Assembly: GCA_964234715.1 (NCBI GenBank)
Contig: OZ174283.1
Length of the DNA: 64,000 nucleotides
Direction: 5' to 3' (one strand)
DNA from: Podarcis melisellensis
Lineage: Eukaryota
Positions within the stretch are counted from its first letter, which is position 1; every line of letters begins with the position of its first letter. The notes beneath the pieces are model-generated. The model did no database searches. It was not told the DNA's origin and saw only the letters and a list, made by a program, of their open reading frames with translations. A program made the translations under genes and the position numbers. Positions 15,301 to 28,829 of this stretch are shown one piece after another.

Positions 15301-17356
15301 GCCAAGTTGCCATCTCTGGTCCAAGCAAACTGAAGAATTGCCGGGGCGACACAGGAGTCTTATTCTAGTCTAGCAGCAGCACAATGAGAGCTCCAATGAT
15401 AGTATGTGGTCATGTAAATTATAGTATAGAAGAGGAAGAATTTTCATTCTTGTTTTCATTCAGAATTCAGAATTTTGCACTTTGTATTGCAATTGTGAGT
15501 TTAGATAGCATGCTACTTAGATCTGCCAGTTACCTATTGGGATTATTGTTACCAAGCCTACACATGTCCTGGTTTATGTTACATGAACACATGTGTTTAA
15601 AAGTGCAACCATTAAGGTATGATATTTGAAATCTTTGTTCCAAAGTTTGCTATATGTCACAGAGGTTATTGCACTGTACTTACACTTTTAATCACTTGGG
15701 GAAATTAGCAAATACTGTACAACTCAGTCCCAGTTTGGAGTTAAACACAATAATATGTACTTATTTGTGTGCCAAAATTGTGGTGAGTGAGTAATTTGAT
15801 TTGTGGTTTGAAGCACCAAATGCACTATTACAGAATTGCAAGATGGGTTGGTTGTTGAAAAACTATATGCAGGCTATCCAAACCCACATGGCCTGAACCA
15901 GTAGCTGACACTTAGGTTGCTACTATCTTAGAGACAGCAAAAGATGGAGGCAGGGAGTCTAATGGCTGCTGTTGTGTAAGAAGTGAGAAGCATTGTCAGG
16001 GATGTTGCAGTGTGCAGAGGAGGCCAAGGCATGCCAAGAGGATGAACGATCAAATGCAAATGACCTGGGCTTGGACCATGGGAGGGCAGAAAGATGGCAA
16101 GATTTAAGACATGAAGCAGGTGGAGAGAAGTGAGAGGAATAAAATGCCAAATACTATTTGTCACAGAGAAAGAAGGGGAGGCTTTCTTGAGGTCCCAAGC
16201 ATGCACTCTGATGTCCTTGGAATGCTCAGACAAATAGGATTTTAAAATACTGTACAATGTTGTCCAGAAAGCACGTGAAACTTCCTGAGGGAAGCAGTCA
16301 CTCTTAAGACAAAAGACAGTTACATTAGGGACAAAGCAAGATGGAGGGGAACATTGGGAGCTAATTAACACAGTTGCTGAGTCATTACCAAGCTTATCAA
16401 TGCAAGTTTCCTGCTGCATAGTGGCAGGGATGTCAAGAAGGGTCTTTGTCCAACCTGGTGACTGAGGACTTTTGTGGGGAGAGATGGAGGCATTTCCCAT
16501 TCAAAGTTAGACTTACTGTAAATTTCGACTTAATTCAATTACCAGACGTAGGTGCTTGCTGGAAGGTGTCCTAGAAGTGATTAATGTTATTTGAATCTTT
16601 GTTGCTGAGATATTGGGGGGGGGGAGGGGGCAGCAATTAGGCTTTCATGATTGATTGTGCATACCAGTTCTTGCAGGGAAATTCTCCTGTGCAGCAGCTA
16701 CTGTAGAGATATTTGGTAGAAGCCACTAGAGCTCCCCATGATGGGACTAAACTTGAACTGCCACAGTTTCCTCTTATTGTCTTGCAATGGCACTGCACTG
16801 ATTGTCCACAGTACTCACGTACCGCTCAACCAAACTATGGCTTGGTGTGACAAGTGAACACAGAGGGGAAATTGTGGCCCTTGCCTGGATCTACACCAAC
16901 TGTGCTATCAGGAGCTAAGTCATCGTTTGGCTTAGAGTTGGCTGCACACCTGACCCCCATGGTTTGTATGCTCAAGACATGGTTTGTTTTTGGCTTACCC
17001 ATATGATTGCTCATTGATGGTTAGCTGTGGATTCGCTTAGCATTACATGTGAACTGGATCGATGTCTCGGGGCATGTGCAGAGTTCCAGTCGAACTGAGT
17101 TTCTTAGTAACAGATTGCACTCTGGACCAACCATGTGTCTCCTTTTCCTTCTTAGGCCGCTGCTGTCCCTTTTAGTGGAGGTTTAGTGAACTAAATAATA
17201 ATTCATGATATTTCAGATTTCCAGAACTTTGGTCTAAGATACAATTTTACAGCTTCGAATATTTTACAAAACTGTTTATTGTTTCCAGCGCTGGCCGAGT
17301 AATGCACTGGTATAAAATATGAATTGCCTGAATCTTTTCTGCCTTCCCTTCTCTAG

Positions 17357-17651
17357 GCATGGAAGAGGAGATGGTTTGTGCTCCGCAGTGGTCGACTGAC
17401 AGGGGATCCAGATGTGTTGGAATACTACAAAAATGACCATGCCAAGAAACCAATTCGTATCATTGACTTGAACTTGTGTCAACAAGTGGATGCTGGATTG
17501 ACATTTAACAAAAAAGAATTTGAAAACAGCTATATTTTTGACATCAACACAATAGACAGAGTCTTCTACTTGGTTGCCGACAGTGAAGAGGAGATGAATA
17601 AGTGGGTTCAATGTATTTGTGAAATCTGTGGGTTCAACGCTACTGAAGAAG
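17357..17651 (+). CDS. GAB1: GAB1 coding exon 2 (PH domain)
   Basis: ctctag|GCA...GAA G|gtagg, 295 nt. Translates [98 protein letters not shown], the GAB1 PH domain. Confidence 0.98.
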
Positions 17652-20084
17652 GTAGGATTCCTCCCTTGGTTCCCCCTTCCCTCAGCATTTAATCTGTATT
17701 CTTTTCCCCTAGGAACCCCAAAGCACTCTATGAGACAATTGCAAGGCAGTGCAGATGTCTGCTGTGCCGTGTTTGCTTGTTTTAAAAAACTGCACAGTGT
17801 TTGGAAGTTTGCAAATATTGGGTCATCATGTAGACACAGTCAGCAACTGAAGAGTTGTGTTTTGAATTCTTTACACCATATAGAGCCACATTTTTGTATG
17901 CTTCTCTAGAAGGCATTGCCTTTTTGGAGGCAAAAGAGAAAGGTTCTGTATTTGATTTTATAGGCTTGAATATTTTTAGGACAGTATTTGCATAGTGGCT
18001 AGTTACGAGTTTTTATAATTTGTCTGGCTGTAGATTTAAACATATATATTTGTGGTTGTAATAAGCTAGCTGAACAGCTAAAGCTTGATTGCAGCTTGAG
18101 CAGTGGGGTTGACTTGCCAGACTGTGGTTAAGTGGAACAGCGGCCAAAGAAAAGCAGATCTTTTAGTACACAGCAATAAAATAATAATAATTAATGGAAC
18201 CTGACTTAGTATTTGTTACCTACCATTGCAAAATTCCCCAAGGATCTCAACAGCTACCCCCTGCTATTAGTTCATAGACACGAAAAAGAATTTATTCACT
18301 GACTATTCTGACTTTCCCAGCATGTCTTGAACTATGTAATGGCACTTTTAACATGAGGAATGTCTAGCTGACTTGTATTAACGCACCATCAATGTCTCCA
18401 AGATGTCGCATTGCCCCCATTTTCACCATTAATGCTTGGAAGCTAAGATAGAAGGGTTCTGCTGGTGCACTGAGATTTCTGTTTCCCCTTCTACTCCTAT
18501 GTTCCCTTAAAATCTGCTCTGGTGTGTCCTCTGGAGCTAATTTTAAAGACCTGTGGGGAGCTGTAGGGGAGAGGGACTTATGGTTATGCTCTCTCCAGAC
18601 TAACCACAAGGTGTGATCAGGAACAACCCTTGGCTATAGCTCGTGGTTAGTGAGGACAGAGCTTAACCATGAGTTCCAGTTTGTACAACACATTAAGTCA
18701 AACCTTGGCTTAGGTCAAATGGCCACAGGCAGCAAAAAGGGAGATGCAAAGCACCTGTCAGCTGATTTCTAGGAGCCTATACATCCACACCAAGTCAACA
18801 TCTTGCCCAAGACCTTGCAACTATACTGTGGTTAAGGTGAGATTTTAGCCCAAGTCTTCCTAGTATGATTCTGAAATGTGAAGAAGGCTTTTCAAAATTG
18901 TTTCCTGATTTTTGTAAGGTTTCTGCAGGAAAGGCAAGAAATGCTCTTTGAATCCTTCAGCAAGAGATAGATTTGCACATCTAAAAATCTGAGAAGTGAA
19001 CATGCAATTTTTAGATGTGCAAATCTCTCTCTTGCTGAAAGATTCAAACAGCATTAATGTGATTGTTTTGAAAGATCCTATGAACACACATTTTCAATGT
19101 GGAGGAGCATTTGAAACTGGCATCATCCACACATGTCTTGAGGAAGTAGAGTCCGTTCTGCCACCTCATTCCTACTCCTAGTTCACTGCGTGTGTAGACT
19201 CTGCCTCTTTATTAACTTACAGGATACAAAGTGATATTGAATGTAGGATAAAAGAGGTGTAGGAAGTTGCCTGTACAAATGTTCACAATGTTGTACAAAA
19301 TAACGTGTGGGCTTTTAATCAAAATAGATGCATGTGATTCAGATGTACTCCCTGCTTTGGATGATGTGCTCTAAATTTGCATGGTTTACAGCTTGCAGAC
19401 AAAACTCCTTTTGTCCTATGCTCCTTTGTAAGCTAATCACTTAACGTCCATTGCCATTGTATCTGCACATTTCTACTTGGTATCAATTTGAATTGCATTC
19501 GGATTGTTTTGCTTCTGTACAGATGTCCTAAGTGACTCATCCCTGAAAACGAGTTGCAGTGCAAGACAATCACTGCAAGACAATTTTGTTTGTAGCTGAT
19601 TCATCACTTTCCATGGCCTCTTCCCATGTTCTGTGAAGTGTGCCTCCATCTCTGTGTCTGAATCTGACATTGCTTAAGGTCTTATCATTGTGGAGGGGTG
19701 GAGCTGGTATCTAAAACATGTTCACCCTGCCTTTAAAGTATTTATTATTTCTCAAAAGGTTGGTGGTAATTTTCTGCTCATATGTAAGGCTGGATATTGG
19801 GAAAGATCCAGTTTATGTGTATTGTACAGTATGCTACACCAACATAGGGGGCGTTTAAGAAGCACACATATGTTATATTGTTGTTGGTGGCAACTAAGTA
19901 CAGGGAGAGAAATGAATATTTTGCTATTCTGAAAGGTCTTTGGGGGTTATTTGCTGTGGCTTTCTGATGTTAGAATTTAGCATGCAGCTTCACCAAGGGA
20001 CACATTTGAAACAGTAAGCAGTCAGACACAACTCTTGACTCATGATAGTGGTTGGGTCCAGCCGTTCTCACCTCAAGACAGGTA

Positions 20085-20190
20085 ATCTGTATCCCCCAGC
20101 GCAAGGCAAGTAGTTAAACTATGGAATTCATTACCACAAGATGTGCTGATGGCCACCAATTTACACTGCTTTAAAAACAGGATTAGACCC
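20085..20190 (+). mobile_element. CR1 fragment
   Basis: gtagttaaactatggaattcattaccacaagatgtgctgatggccaccaat...ggattagac. Confidence 0.65.
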
Positions 20191-20683
20191 TTCTCCCAAC
20201 TGGTAAGAAGAAGAGTGGAAGAAAGAAGCAGCTGCCTACTGAAGCTGGCAAGATGATGAGTAGGGCATACACATTTCCCCCAACTGGCCTGAATTTCTGA
20301 CGGGAGAGACCATTGAAAGTGGGGTGCTTACATGGCTTGGCTTGCCATGCCGTGCTCTTGCTCTGAATGGAGCTTTGGATCAACCCACTGGCAGGAAAAG
20401 GGGTGTTTCAAGGAACAGGCCACCACTCCTTCCAACATAGGGCACTTGCTGCATCCACCCCAGTATGGGGATATTAACAGCAGGCTACATTAAAGACTTG
20501 TAATGTCATTTCCCCCCCCCCCCCGTTAGTAATGTAGCATTTATTCAAATGCAAATCACATTAATTGACTGAGCATCTCATGATTAATTGATTTTTCAAA
20601 GGCTTCAGTTGGGCTTGGCTCTGATTTAAAGAGACTTAAATGCAATTAAGCAAGGATTGAATGCTGCTGCATGCTTTTTGTAG

Positions 20684-20897
20684 ATGCTGTGAAGCTACCT
20701 GGCAGTTCTCTACAGGCGCCTGCCGAATTGCCCTCGGCTGTCAACACTTCCCTGCCATCTGTGCAAGCAGAACCATCCCTACCTCCTCCATACCAGCTAA
20801 TTAACATCCCACCATCAGAGTCTGCCTCAAGTCAAGAAGATCCACAAGACTACCTGTTACTAATTAACTGTCAGAGCAAGAAGCCTGAACCCACAAG
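20684..20897 (+). CDS. GAB1: GAB1 coding exon 3
   Basis: ttgtag|AT...ACA AG|gtaaat, phase 1 to 2. (D)[16 protein letters not shown]...PPPYQLIN...[21 protein letters not shown](R). Confidence 0.96.
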
Positions 20898-21699
20898 GTA
20901 AATGTTAACTTCCTCCCCCATAAAAGTGCTTATGGTGACAAATCCGACATTGGCTGCTGCTGTTGCAGTTTGAACATGTCTTGCAAAAGCCTATCTCCTC
21001 CACTTGCAATGGCATTTGATGCTCATCAGGCTTGGACAGACTTAGTGTTGCTATCTAACCACTGACAGTGACAATGTATTGATTTTACTATATTATTTGG
21101 TCCTTTAAAAACCGGTCACAAAACATGGCCCCTGTCTGACAAATGAATAAAGTGCGTATGTAAACCCATTTATTTCAGTGGGTTTATTGTGCACTTAATT
21201 TACTCCCTACGGCACACCATGGTCAAGGTGCTACAAACCTTCGGATTACTTGCCTATCTTAACATTGGTACACTTTTTGGAAAAAACAACAAATTTTATC
21301 CATGATTTTTCCAAGAACTAGGCTGCTTTTTGTTCAAAATGGTTTGTGTTGCTGACCTCTCTCAATTTTTATCATGCACTTGTAAACCAGCTCATACATA
21401 ATCTCGGAAGAAGGGGAGGAGTATTTACTGCTGGAGGATTTTGAAAGTAAAAAGATTCCCTTGCCGTGAGTGTAATGTGAATTGTTTGGGATCTTGTGTT
21501 TAGACTTTAACCTCAAAGCTATAACTTGCTTGAATCAATTTCAGTGTGCGTGTGTTGCACGTTGTGCTGTGAAATTTTAATAAGCAATGCAAATAATAAC
21601 CACCTGGAGGATCCAAGCACACAAAAAGGATTGTGTTTCGGTGTGCGAAGCTGTCTGTGCTTTTGTGGACATTTTTTTTTTAGGGGGGTGCTTTTAAAA

Positions 21700-21786
21700 A
21701 TTCAGAGAAGAATCCTTGGAGGTGTTTTTGTATATTATGTTGGAAACTGCCCAGAGTGGCTGGGGCAACCCAGTCAGATGAGCAGG

Positions 21787-21830
<44 letters not shown>
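21700..21830 (+). mobile_element. L2-type LINE 3' tail with (TTA)n microsatellite
   Basis: gcccagagtggctggggcaacccagtcagatg, the same 3' end as the L2 at 54975-55482, followed by (TAT)n. Confidence 0.65.
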
Positions 21831-22744
21831 TTACTACGCATAACTGAAGAATGCTGTGGCTGCCCTACATTCTTTGTATTCTGCTCTTTTTTCTTTCCCC
21901 CCGACGAAAATCCAACAGTTGCCTTCCCAGCCCAGCCCCAAATGACAGGTAGCCATGCTATTCATACCGTGCCAGTTAGCATGTCATAGTAAGCCGTAGT
22001 TAATGCTCCACTGCGGGCTTTGAGGTGGCTTGCATATTGCTCCTACCCATTAGCATGTCAGAGAAACACGACCCCTGGCTTAATGTTACTTCCACATGGG
22101 GACTGTGGTTTTTCTGTGCCAAACCAATTATGATTGCTAAGCCAATTAAAAAGCCATGGCTCCACATCACGGTTTGTTTGGAATGAAGCAAATCACAATT
22201 CCTAGTTTGGAAGTAACACTAACCCAGGGGGCGTGGTTGAGCTCCAGGCAGGAGGTGATGCTCATCATACTAGGGGAGGAGTGAAGCAGGAACCCAGTCA
22301 CATGTTTGAGGGGAAACATTAAGTATGGTACACTGCATGGCTGGCTAACCTGTGACCCTCCTGATGTCATTGGACTCCTAGCTCTTATCAGCTCCAACCA
22401 GCATGGCCTCATTAAAGGATGGTGTAAGTTGTAGTCCACCAACTCTTGGAGTGCCAAGAGTTAGCATCCCTGTGATGTGCCAATGCAGCCCTGTGTTAAC
22501 AAATTCAAGCATTTCATGCCTCAGCCTCCTTTAAGTATACAGGCTTTTTCACTTTTAATTCCCTGCTATGTGAGCAAGATAGGTTTGCTGATTTTAGAAC
22601 ATAAACATCTTCTCTCTGTGTGTTGTATAGTGGTTTTATGAATGGCCACAAAATGCAATCAATACTGCATGTAGCAGCAGGTTACAATTTGCAAATCGTC
22701 TCAGTTCCTGTCTCATCTTAATAGGGTTTCCCCTTATTATAGCA

Positions 22745-22913
22745 CAGTGGCGTAGCCTGGGTTGTCAGCACCCGGGGCAAGGCAAGTAATTTGCACCCCC
22801 TAACCCGTGGATTTGCGTCCCCTAACCCGTGGATTTGAGCCCCCTAACCCTAACCCCCAGATGTTGCCCCCGGTGCGGCCAGCCCCCCCTGCACCCCCCA
22901 CGCTACGCCACTG
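22745..22913. mobile_element. hAT-type MITE
   Basis: TIR cagtggcgtagc/gctacgccactg. Perfect 8-bp TSD TTATAGCA at 22737 and 22914. Confidence 0.9.
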
Positions 22914-23677
22914 TTATAGCACGAAGTTTGCTTGCTTTAAAAAGCAAACAGTATTTAAATAAAAAGGATGAAACTTAAACTCTCAAACCGAAATTGAAAA
23001 TCTCACAGTTGAAATAACTGATGAGTATACCTCAAAATTGAAAAAAAATAATCTTGTTCAGTTATTTAGGGTGTATATTGTGACTAAAAATAGTACCTAA
23101 CATTTATTTATCTATTCAATTTATATCCCGCCGTTTATCCCAAAGGAGCCCAGGGTGGTGAGTTTAAGACTCAACCAACATGTTCCAAATTATCCTCACA
23201 TTTTGACTGTAACCAGCTTTGCAAATATTAATTTAGGAAATGGTCACCTGATTTATTTTCAACCTGTGTGATTTTTTGTCCTCCACCCCAACTGCCCTTG
23301 TAATACCCTTCCCACCTAAAATGTACAAGACAGATAGGAACTGAGACTTTAGCAGTGTCCAGTGCAGAAATATAGAGGATCATTGTGTAGCTATTCTTTG
23401 GATCCAAACATTAGAATGAGATTGACATGTATGCATATGCAGCCTTTGTGATTTCACCCTTTTTAACACAATAAGAAACTTCCCCTTCTAGTATAAAGAG
23501 TCCATATGTTATAGGTGCATGGATGTGATTCACATAAAATCAAACTATTAGTTATAGTTTACAGTTGTGATTCACTGTTTTCATCTGATTATTTTGCAAA
23601 ATGTGCAAAAGTTCCTGTAATAAACTTGGGATATGCCAAGAAATTACTTTCTTTTTTTAAAAAAATCTTGCATTTAG

Positions 23678-24279
23678 GTCACAGTCTGACACAGCAAAAA
23701 CTGCCTCTTCAGAAACAGACTGCAATGATAATGTGCCTTCCCATAAAACATCTGTACAGTCGCTGAACAAGCATGCAGTGAATGGGTTTTTTCAACAGCA
23801 AAGTGTCTATGACTCTCCCCCGCCGAGAGCTGCCTCCGTATCTGTGGATGGCAGCCTTTATAATTTGCCAAGGAGTTATTCGCATGATGTTTTACCGAAG
23901 CCATCTCCTTCTGGGACTGATGCAGATGGAGAGCAACATGTTTTCAGTGTTCCATCTGCAGCATCTTCTCTTGATGCACAACTGAAGGCTTTCTCCATTA
24001 GTTATGACATTCCCCCAACACCTGGAAGTACGTACCAGATTCCACGAACTTTCCCAGAAGGAACATTGGCTCAGAGTTCGAAGCTAGAGACTATTCCAGA
24101 TGTCCCTCCACCTCGGCCACCAAAACCTCACCATCCTTCGGACCGCTCACCTGTGGAGGTGTGCAATATCTCCCGCACTTCCTCAGATACTGATAGCAGC
24201 TACTGCATCCCTACCGGCGGAATGCCCCCATCGCGCAGCAACACAATTTCCACCATGGATTTGAATATATTTCGTAAAG
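23678..24279 (+). CDS. GAB1: GAB1 coding exon 4 (YxxP cluster, PPRPPKP SH3-binding motif)
   Basis: atttag|G TCA...AAA G|gttagt, 602 nt. [13 protein letters not shown]...[28 protein letters not shown]...DLNIFRK. Confidence 0.97.
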
Positions 24280-24829
24280 GTTAGTGTTCTTCCATCTGGC
24301 TATGCTTTAACACAAATGTTCCTTGAGGTGCTCCCAAAATTCAGCCTCTCTAAAAAAAGAGCAAGATCTGCCCTGGAAATCTTGGTTCTTGGGGGGAAAC
24401 TACACATTTCACTTCAGCTGTGAGAAATCACACCTCAGTTCCCACTTACTGATTCTCAGTATTCTCTTGAGAGAGGGAAATTTGCATTGAGGAGAGGGGC
24501 AGGAAAGGTGTATTTAACGTTTCTATTCGTAGTTGCTTTCTACGTGGTGCTTCCCCAGCTGCTTATACACTTTGCAGTGTTCCAGACCTGGGTTTATCTT
24601 GAAAATACGGGCTTTGAACTCTGCAGCGATAAAAACAGCTGGAAGCAGGGATATTCTAGGGGGAAAGCTACTTGCAGGATTCTTTTCTTCATTGCAAATT
24701 ACCTCTGAGATTGCTTTGCAATGGTTGAGGCCTGTTGACTCAGGCTATGTTTTCCTTTGGCAGATAGTTAAGTGGACTCACAAGCTCTCATTTTGGCTTC
24801 CAAGTGTTTGTTTGTTTGTTTGTTTGTAT

Positions 24830-25025
24830 TCAGATCCCACCTTTTTTCTAAGGAGTTCAAGGTGGTGTGCATTGTTCTCTCCCTCCACAACAACCCTGTG
24901 AGGTAGGTTAGGCTGAGAGGCAGTGACGAGCCCAAGGTCACTCCCTGAGCTTCATGGCTGAGTGAGGATTTGAACCCTAATTTCTCACTTCCTAGTCCAA
25001 CTTTCTAACCACACCACCACACTGG
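24830..25025 (-). mobile_element. MIR-like SINE
   Basis: cacaacaaccctgtgaggtaggttaggctgagag...ggatttgaaccc...ctaaccac. Confidence 0.75.
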
Positions 25026-25035
25026 CTTACTTAAT

Positions 25036-25421
25036 GCAGAGAGAGTGGACAGCACTGTGGTCTAAACCACTGAGTCTCTTGGGCTTGCCAATCGGAAGGT
25101 TGGCGGTTTGAATCCGCACAATGGAGTGAGCTCCCACAACTTTGTCCCAGCTTCTGCCAACCTAGCAGTTCGAAAGCACACCAGTACAAGTAGATAAATA
25201 GGTACTGCTGCAGCGGGAAGGTAAATGGCATTTCCGTGCTCTCTGGTTTCTGTCATGGTGTTCCGTTGCGCCAGAAGCGGTTTAGTCATGCTAGTCACGT
25301 GACCTGGAAAGCTGTCTGTGGACAAGCGCTAACTCCCTTGGCCTGAAATGAGATGAGCACCACACCCCATAGTCATCTTTTACTGGACTTAATCATCCAG
25401 GTGTCCTTTACCTTTACCTTT
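25036..25421 (+). mobile_element. Sauria SINE, full length
   Basis: tRNA-like head (tggtctaaaccactgag...ggtttgaatcc), cctagcagttcgaaagcac core, (ACCTTT)n tail. 10-bp TSD CTTACTTAAT at 25026 and 25422. Confidence 0.88.
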
Positions 25422-25659
25422 CTTACTTAATCTGAATCACCAGAAATTCATTTTTATTTTTTTACAAAGATGATTTCCAGCCAGGGGAAACTTTTCATAT
25501 AGGTAATTACTTCATTTTCCTTGTAAATCAGTGAAGATCTTAAATATAGGGGATTGTTTGGGAGCTGAGAAGCAGGAACCTGTGAGCAGAAATCTCTTTG
25601 TGCAAGAATCAAGACAGTGCAACTCTGAATTCATGTTACAAATATGCTGGTGTATGATG

Positions 25660-25885
25660 TGTCCATGTGGTGTAATGGTTAGAGTTTTGGACTATGAGCT
25701 CTGAGAGGTTTGAATCCCCACTCAGCCAATGAAGCTCACAGAGTGACCTTGGGCCAGGCACAGTCCCTCAGCCCAACCTACATCACAGGGTTGTTGTGAG
25801 GGTAAAATGGGAAGGAGAACCATGTACAGCATCTTGAGCTCCTTGGAAGGTGGTATGCAAATGCAACAAACAAATAAAAAATAAA
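25660..25885 (+). mobile_element. MIR-like SINE
   Basis: tggtgtaatggttagag...ggtttgaatcccc...gtgaccttgggc...cacagggttgttgtgagg, A-rich tail. Confidence 0.75.
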
Positions 25886-27243
25886 AGATGTGCTACATTA
25901 ACTGCTAAGATACACTATATAATAAATTGAAGATATATAGACTGTGATTATTGTTATAGCTCCCTGTTGTTGTTTTTTTAGGATCTGTTTCAAAAAAAGT
26001 TGGTTGACGTAATAGACCTCAAAAACTCTTGATCTACTTTGTACTTAACCTGAACAGATTTTTTAAAACAATATTTACTGAGTTTGCAGAAGTTAGTGGA
26101 TGTTGACATTATGCTTTGTGGATGTCTGGAATCAATCACAGGTACCTAATAAGATGGCCTCCACAATTTTAAAATAAACTTTCCCAACCTTATATAAACT
26201 GAAGTTGTCTAATGGCACACCCGTAACTCATTATATATAGCTCTTACATTTTCCCTTCATTTCTGCTTGCCTTGCATTTTTCTTGTCTTTATCCAGTTTA
26301 ATAATCTACTCCAAAGAGTTTACTGTGTGATCTGCAAAGTACCATGTGCAAGGATCACACCTTATAAATAACACATATGGATGCCCTCAACCATTTCCCA
26401 GCTCTATAAAGGCGCTTGAGAGCTTCGGCGATGGCCTGGCTTTCTGAAGCAATTAAGATTTTAATTAAAATTTACTTGGTGTGGTTTTGTGTAAAATTCA
26501 AATTCTGGATACATATTCAGACAGTGCACAAAGCCAAACTGTGGGAGTGGTATGGGGCTAAGAATGCCAGGGGTGAAAAGTGAGTTTAAAGAATTAAGAA
26601 GGGGAACAAGGGGAATCCAGAAGGTGGCACTTAGAACAATTGTTAGCAATGTAAAGTGGGGTGGGTGGGTGGGAGGCAGGCAGAGTCACCTGTGAAGAAA
26701 TGGGGCCAGGAGAGAGTAAGGGGAGGTTTCCATATGTTGTCCAATAAGACACACATGTATTGACCAATCACTAGTCAACATGGTTTTTCATAATGAAGAT
26801 GTTCAGTTTTGTATCACTTTGTCTGGGCTGTGCATTTCAGAATGGTTGTGTGTGAAATGTTGCCTATCCTGGTATTTCTATTTCTTAAAAAACAAAGCCT
26901 ACTGTAATCTGTGGTGAATGGTGGTAAGAAATGTAATACTACTACAACAGGTATTTGCTTTCTAGGTTGTTGTTTTTTAATACATACTCTATTGTAAGAT
27001 CTCCCTCTTTTTAAAATTTCTCCTCACTTTCTTCTCCTTCATGTGGTCTGGGTGCTTTCGTCACTTCCAGATTTTAGGATTGGTAGTGCCTTGCATTCAG
27101 ACTGCATAACCAGACATAGACAGCAGCAAGATAGCATCCAGGAAATTTCCCCCCTTGTGCTATTTGCAGCTAATGGTGTGTGTTATGCCACCAGGTGTAA
27201 AAAGGAGGGGAAAACAATGCTTTCTTTCTTCCCCTTTCTTTAG

Positions 27244-27329
27244 ATATGGGTTCTCAAGATTGCTATTTTATTCCACGGACATTTCCGAATGACAGATCAA
27301 GCTCATTGGAAGGTTTTCATAACCACTTT
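27244..27329 (+). CDS. GAB1: GAB1 coding exon 5
   Basis: ctttag|AT...CAC TTT|gtaagt, 86 nt. (D)[28 protein letters not shown]. Not in the ORF track; read by hand. Confidence 0.95.
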
Positions 27330-27814
27330 GTAAGTATGTTTTGATTTTCAACATTAGCACAAGGCATATCTGCTTATGTATACTCTGATACGGATGGAGG
27401 CAGGGCTGTGAAATCCTTCTACACAGAATGCTTTGTTCTTAATATGATAAGTGGGCTAGCTCATAGTGTTGTGTGAGACAACAGGGGAGGTAATTGAGTC
27501 TTGGGAGGGAGGGGAGGTAAGTGATGGGGATAGCGGTTAAGAACATGGGAGGCTGCAAAGCTCACACACCTGATTAAAAACATGTAGAGTGTGGCAGTCA
27601 GTTACAAGACAGAGACAAAATGTAGATCCTGGCTGGAGCTTGTACAATGCAAATGGGGTGAAGCAATTCCATAGAACCTGCAAAAGGGGAGAAAAAGACA
27701 CACAAATGTTTTGAGGCCGGTCAGGTGTTGTGCAATATATGTACGCTAAATTTCTGTTCACCTGTTCAGAATGTTGTTTAATTTCTTGCTGTCGGAATCA
27801 TTTTTGTTTCCCAG

Positions 27815-28121
27815 AAAAACAAAAGCCTGTTGACTGTAGGAAGCGTTTCAAGTGAAGAATTGGATGAAAACTATGTCCCCATGAACCCAAACTCTCCCCC
27901 GCGGCAGCATTCTAGCAGTTTTACTGAACCTTTCCAGGAAATGACGAACTATGTGCCGATGACTCCTGGCACTTTTGACTTTTCCCTCTTTGGAATGCAA
28001 GTCCCTCCGCCAGCACACATGGGGTTTAGGTCGAGTCCCAAGACCCCTCCCAGGCGGCCTGTGCCTGTTGCTGAATGTGAACCACCACCAGTGGATAGGA
28101 ACCTCAAGCCCGACAGGAAAG
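27815..28121 (+). CDS. GAB1: GAB1 coding exon 6 (two YVPM PI3K sites, MET-binding site, GRB2 site)
   Basis: cccag|AAA...AAA G|gtaagg, 307 nt. [25 protein letters not shown]...NYVPMTPG...[13 protein letters not shown]...[13 protein letters not shown]. Confidence 0.98.
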
Positions 28122-28406
28122 GTAAGGAAGGGGCATGCACTGCCAAGCACTCTTGAGTGTTTCATGATCCTCGTTTTGTCCTTCCACCTATCCATCTTGT
28201 TCCACAGAATAAAATCCTGCTTGAAATTGAAGCAGCAATATTAACAGTTTACAATTTCCTTTAAAACACACAGACCTCGACAGTGAATATATTTACGGTT
28301 GTTTTGATTAATCACTAGATTGTACTGCTACTTCTCATCATATGTGGAAAAAACTGTGACTGGATCAGAACCTGCGCTTTCATTTGTGTTTAGAATCCAC
28401 TTAAAC

Positions 28407-28542
28407 CAGGCTTCTTCAAACTTGGCCCTCCAGATGTTTTTGGCCTACAACTCCCATGATCCCTAGCTAGCAGGACCAGTGGTCAGGGATAATGGGAATT
28501 GTAGTCTCAAAACATCTGGAGGGCCAAGGCTGAGGAAGCCTG
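28407..28542. mobile_element. Palindromic hAT-type MITE, copy 1
   Basis: TIR caggcttc..gaagcctg. 8-bp TSD acttaaac/acttatac. Confidence 0.85.
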
Positions 28543-28693
28543 ACTTATACTTTTATATATATATTTTTGGTAAGGCTAGCAAAAGTACACATTCAGATGA
28601 TATGGATATACGGTATAATAGCTGCGATTCTTACATTCCATACATAATACAGATGCTGCTGCTTTAAAAATAGCATTTACAAAAACCTTAGTA

Positions 28694-28829
28694 CAGGCTT
28701 CCTGTAACTCAGCCCTCCAGATGTTTTGAGACTACAATTCCCATCACCCCTGACTACTGTTCCTGCTAGCTAGGGATCATGGGAGTTGTAGGCCAAAAAC
28801 ATCTGCAGGGCCGAGGTTGAGGAAGCCTG
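28694..28829. mobile_element. Palindromic hAT-type MITE, copy 2, inverted relative to copy 1
   Basis: Same TIRs. TSD ccttagta/ccttagca. Confidence 0.85.

Noticed and set aside
1-17356. Many 60-190 aa ORFs in GAB1 intron 1 (e.g. 15928-16500, 13544-13978)
   Set aside because: No recognisable domains, many lack true ATG starts, and composition is typical of intronic chance ORFs. Conserved enhancers may exist but cannot be shown without alignments.
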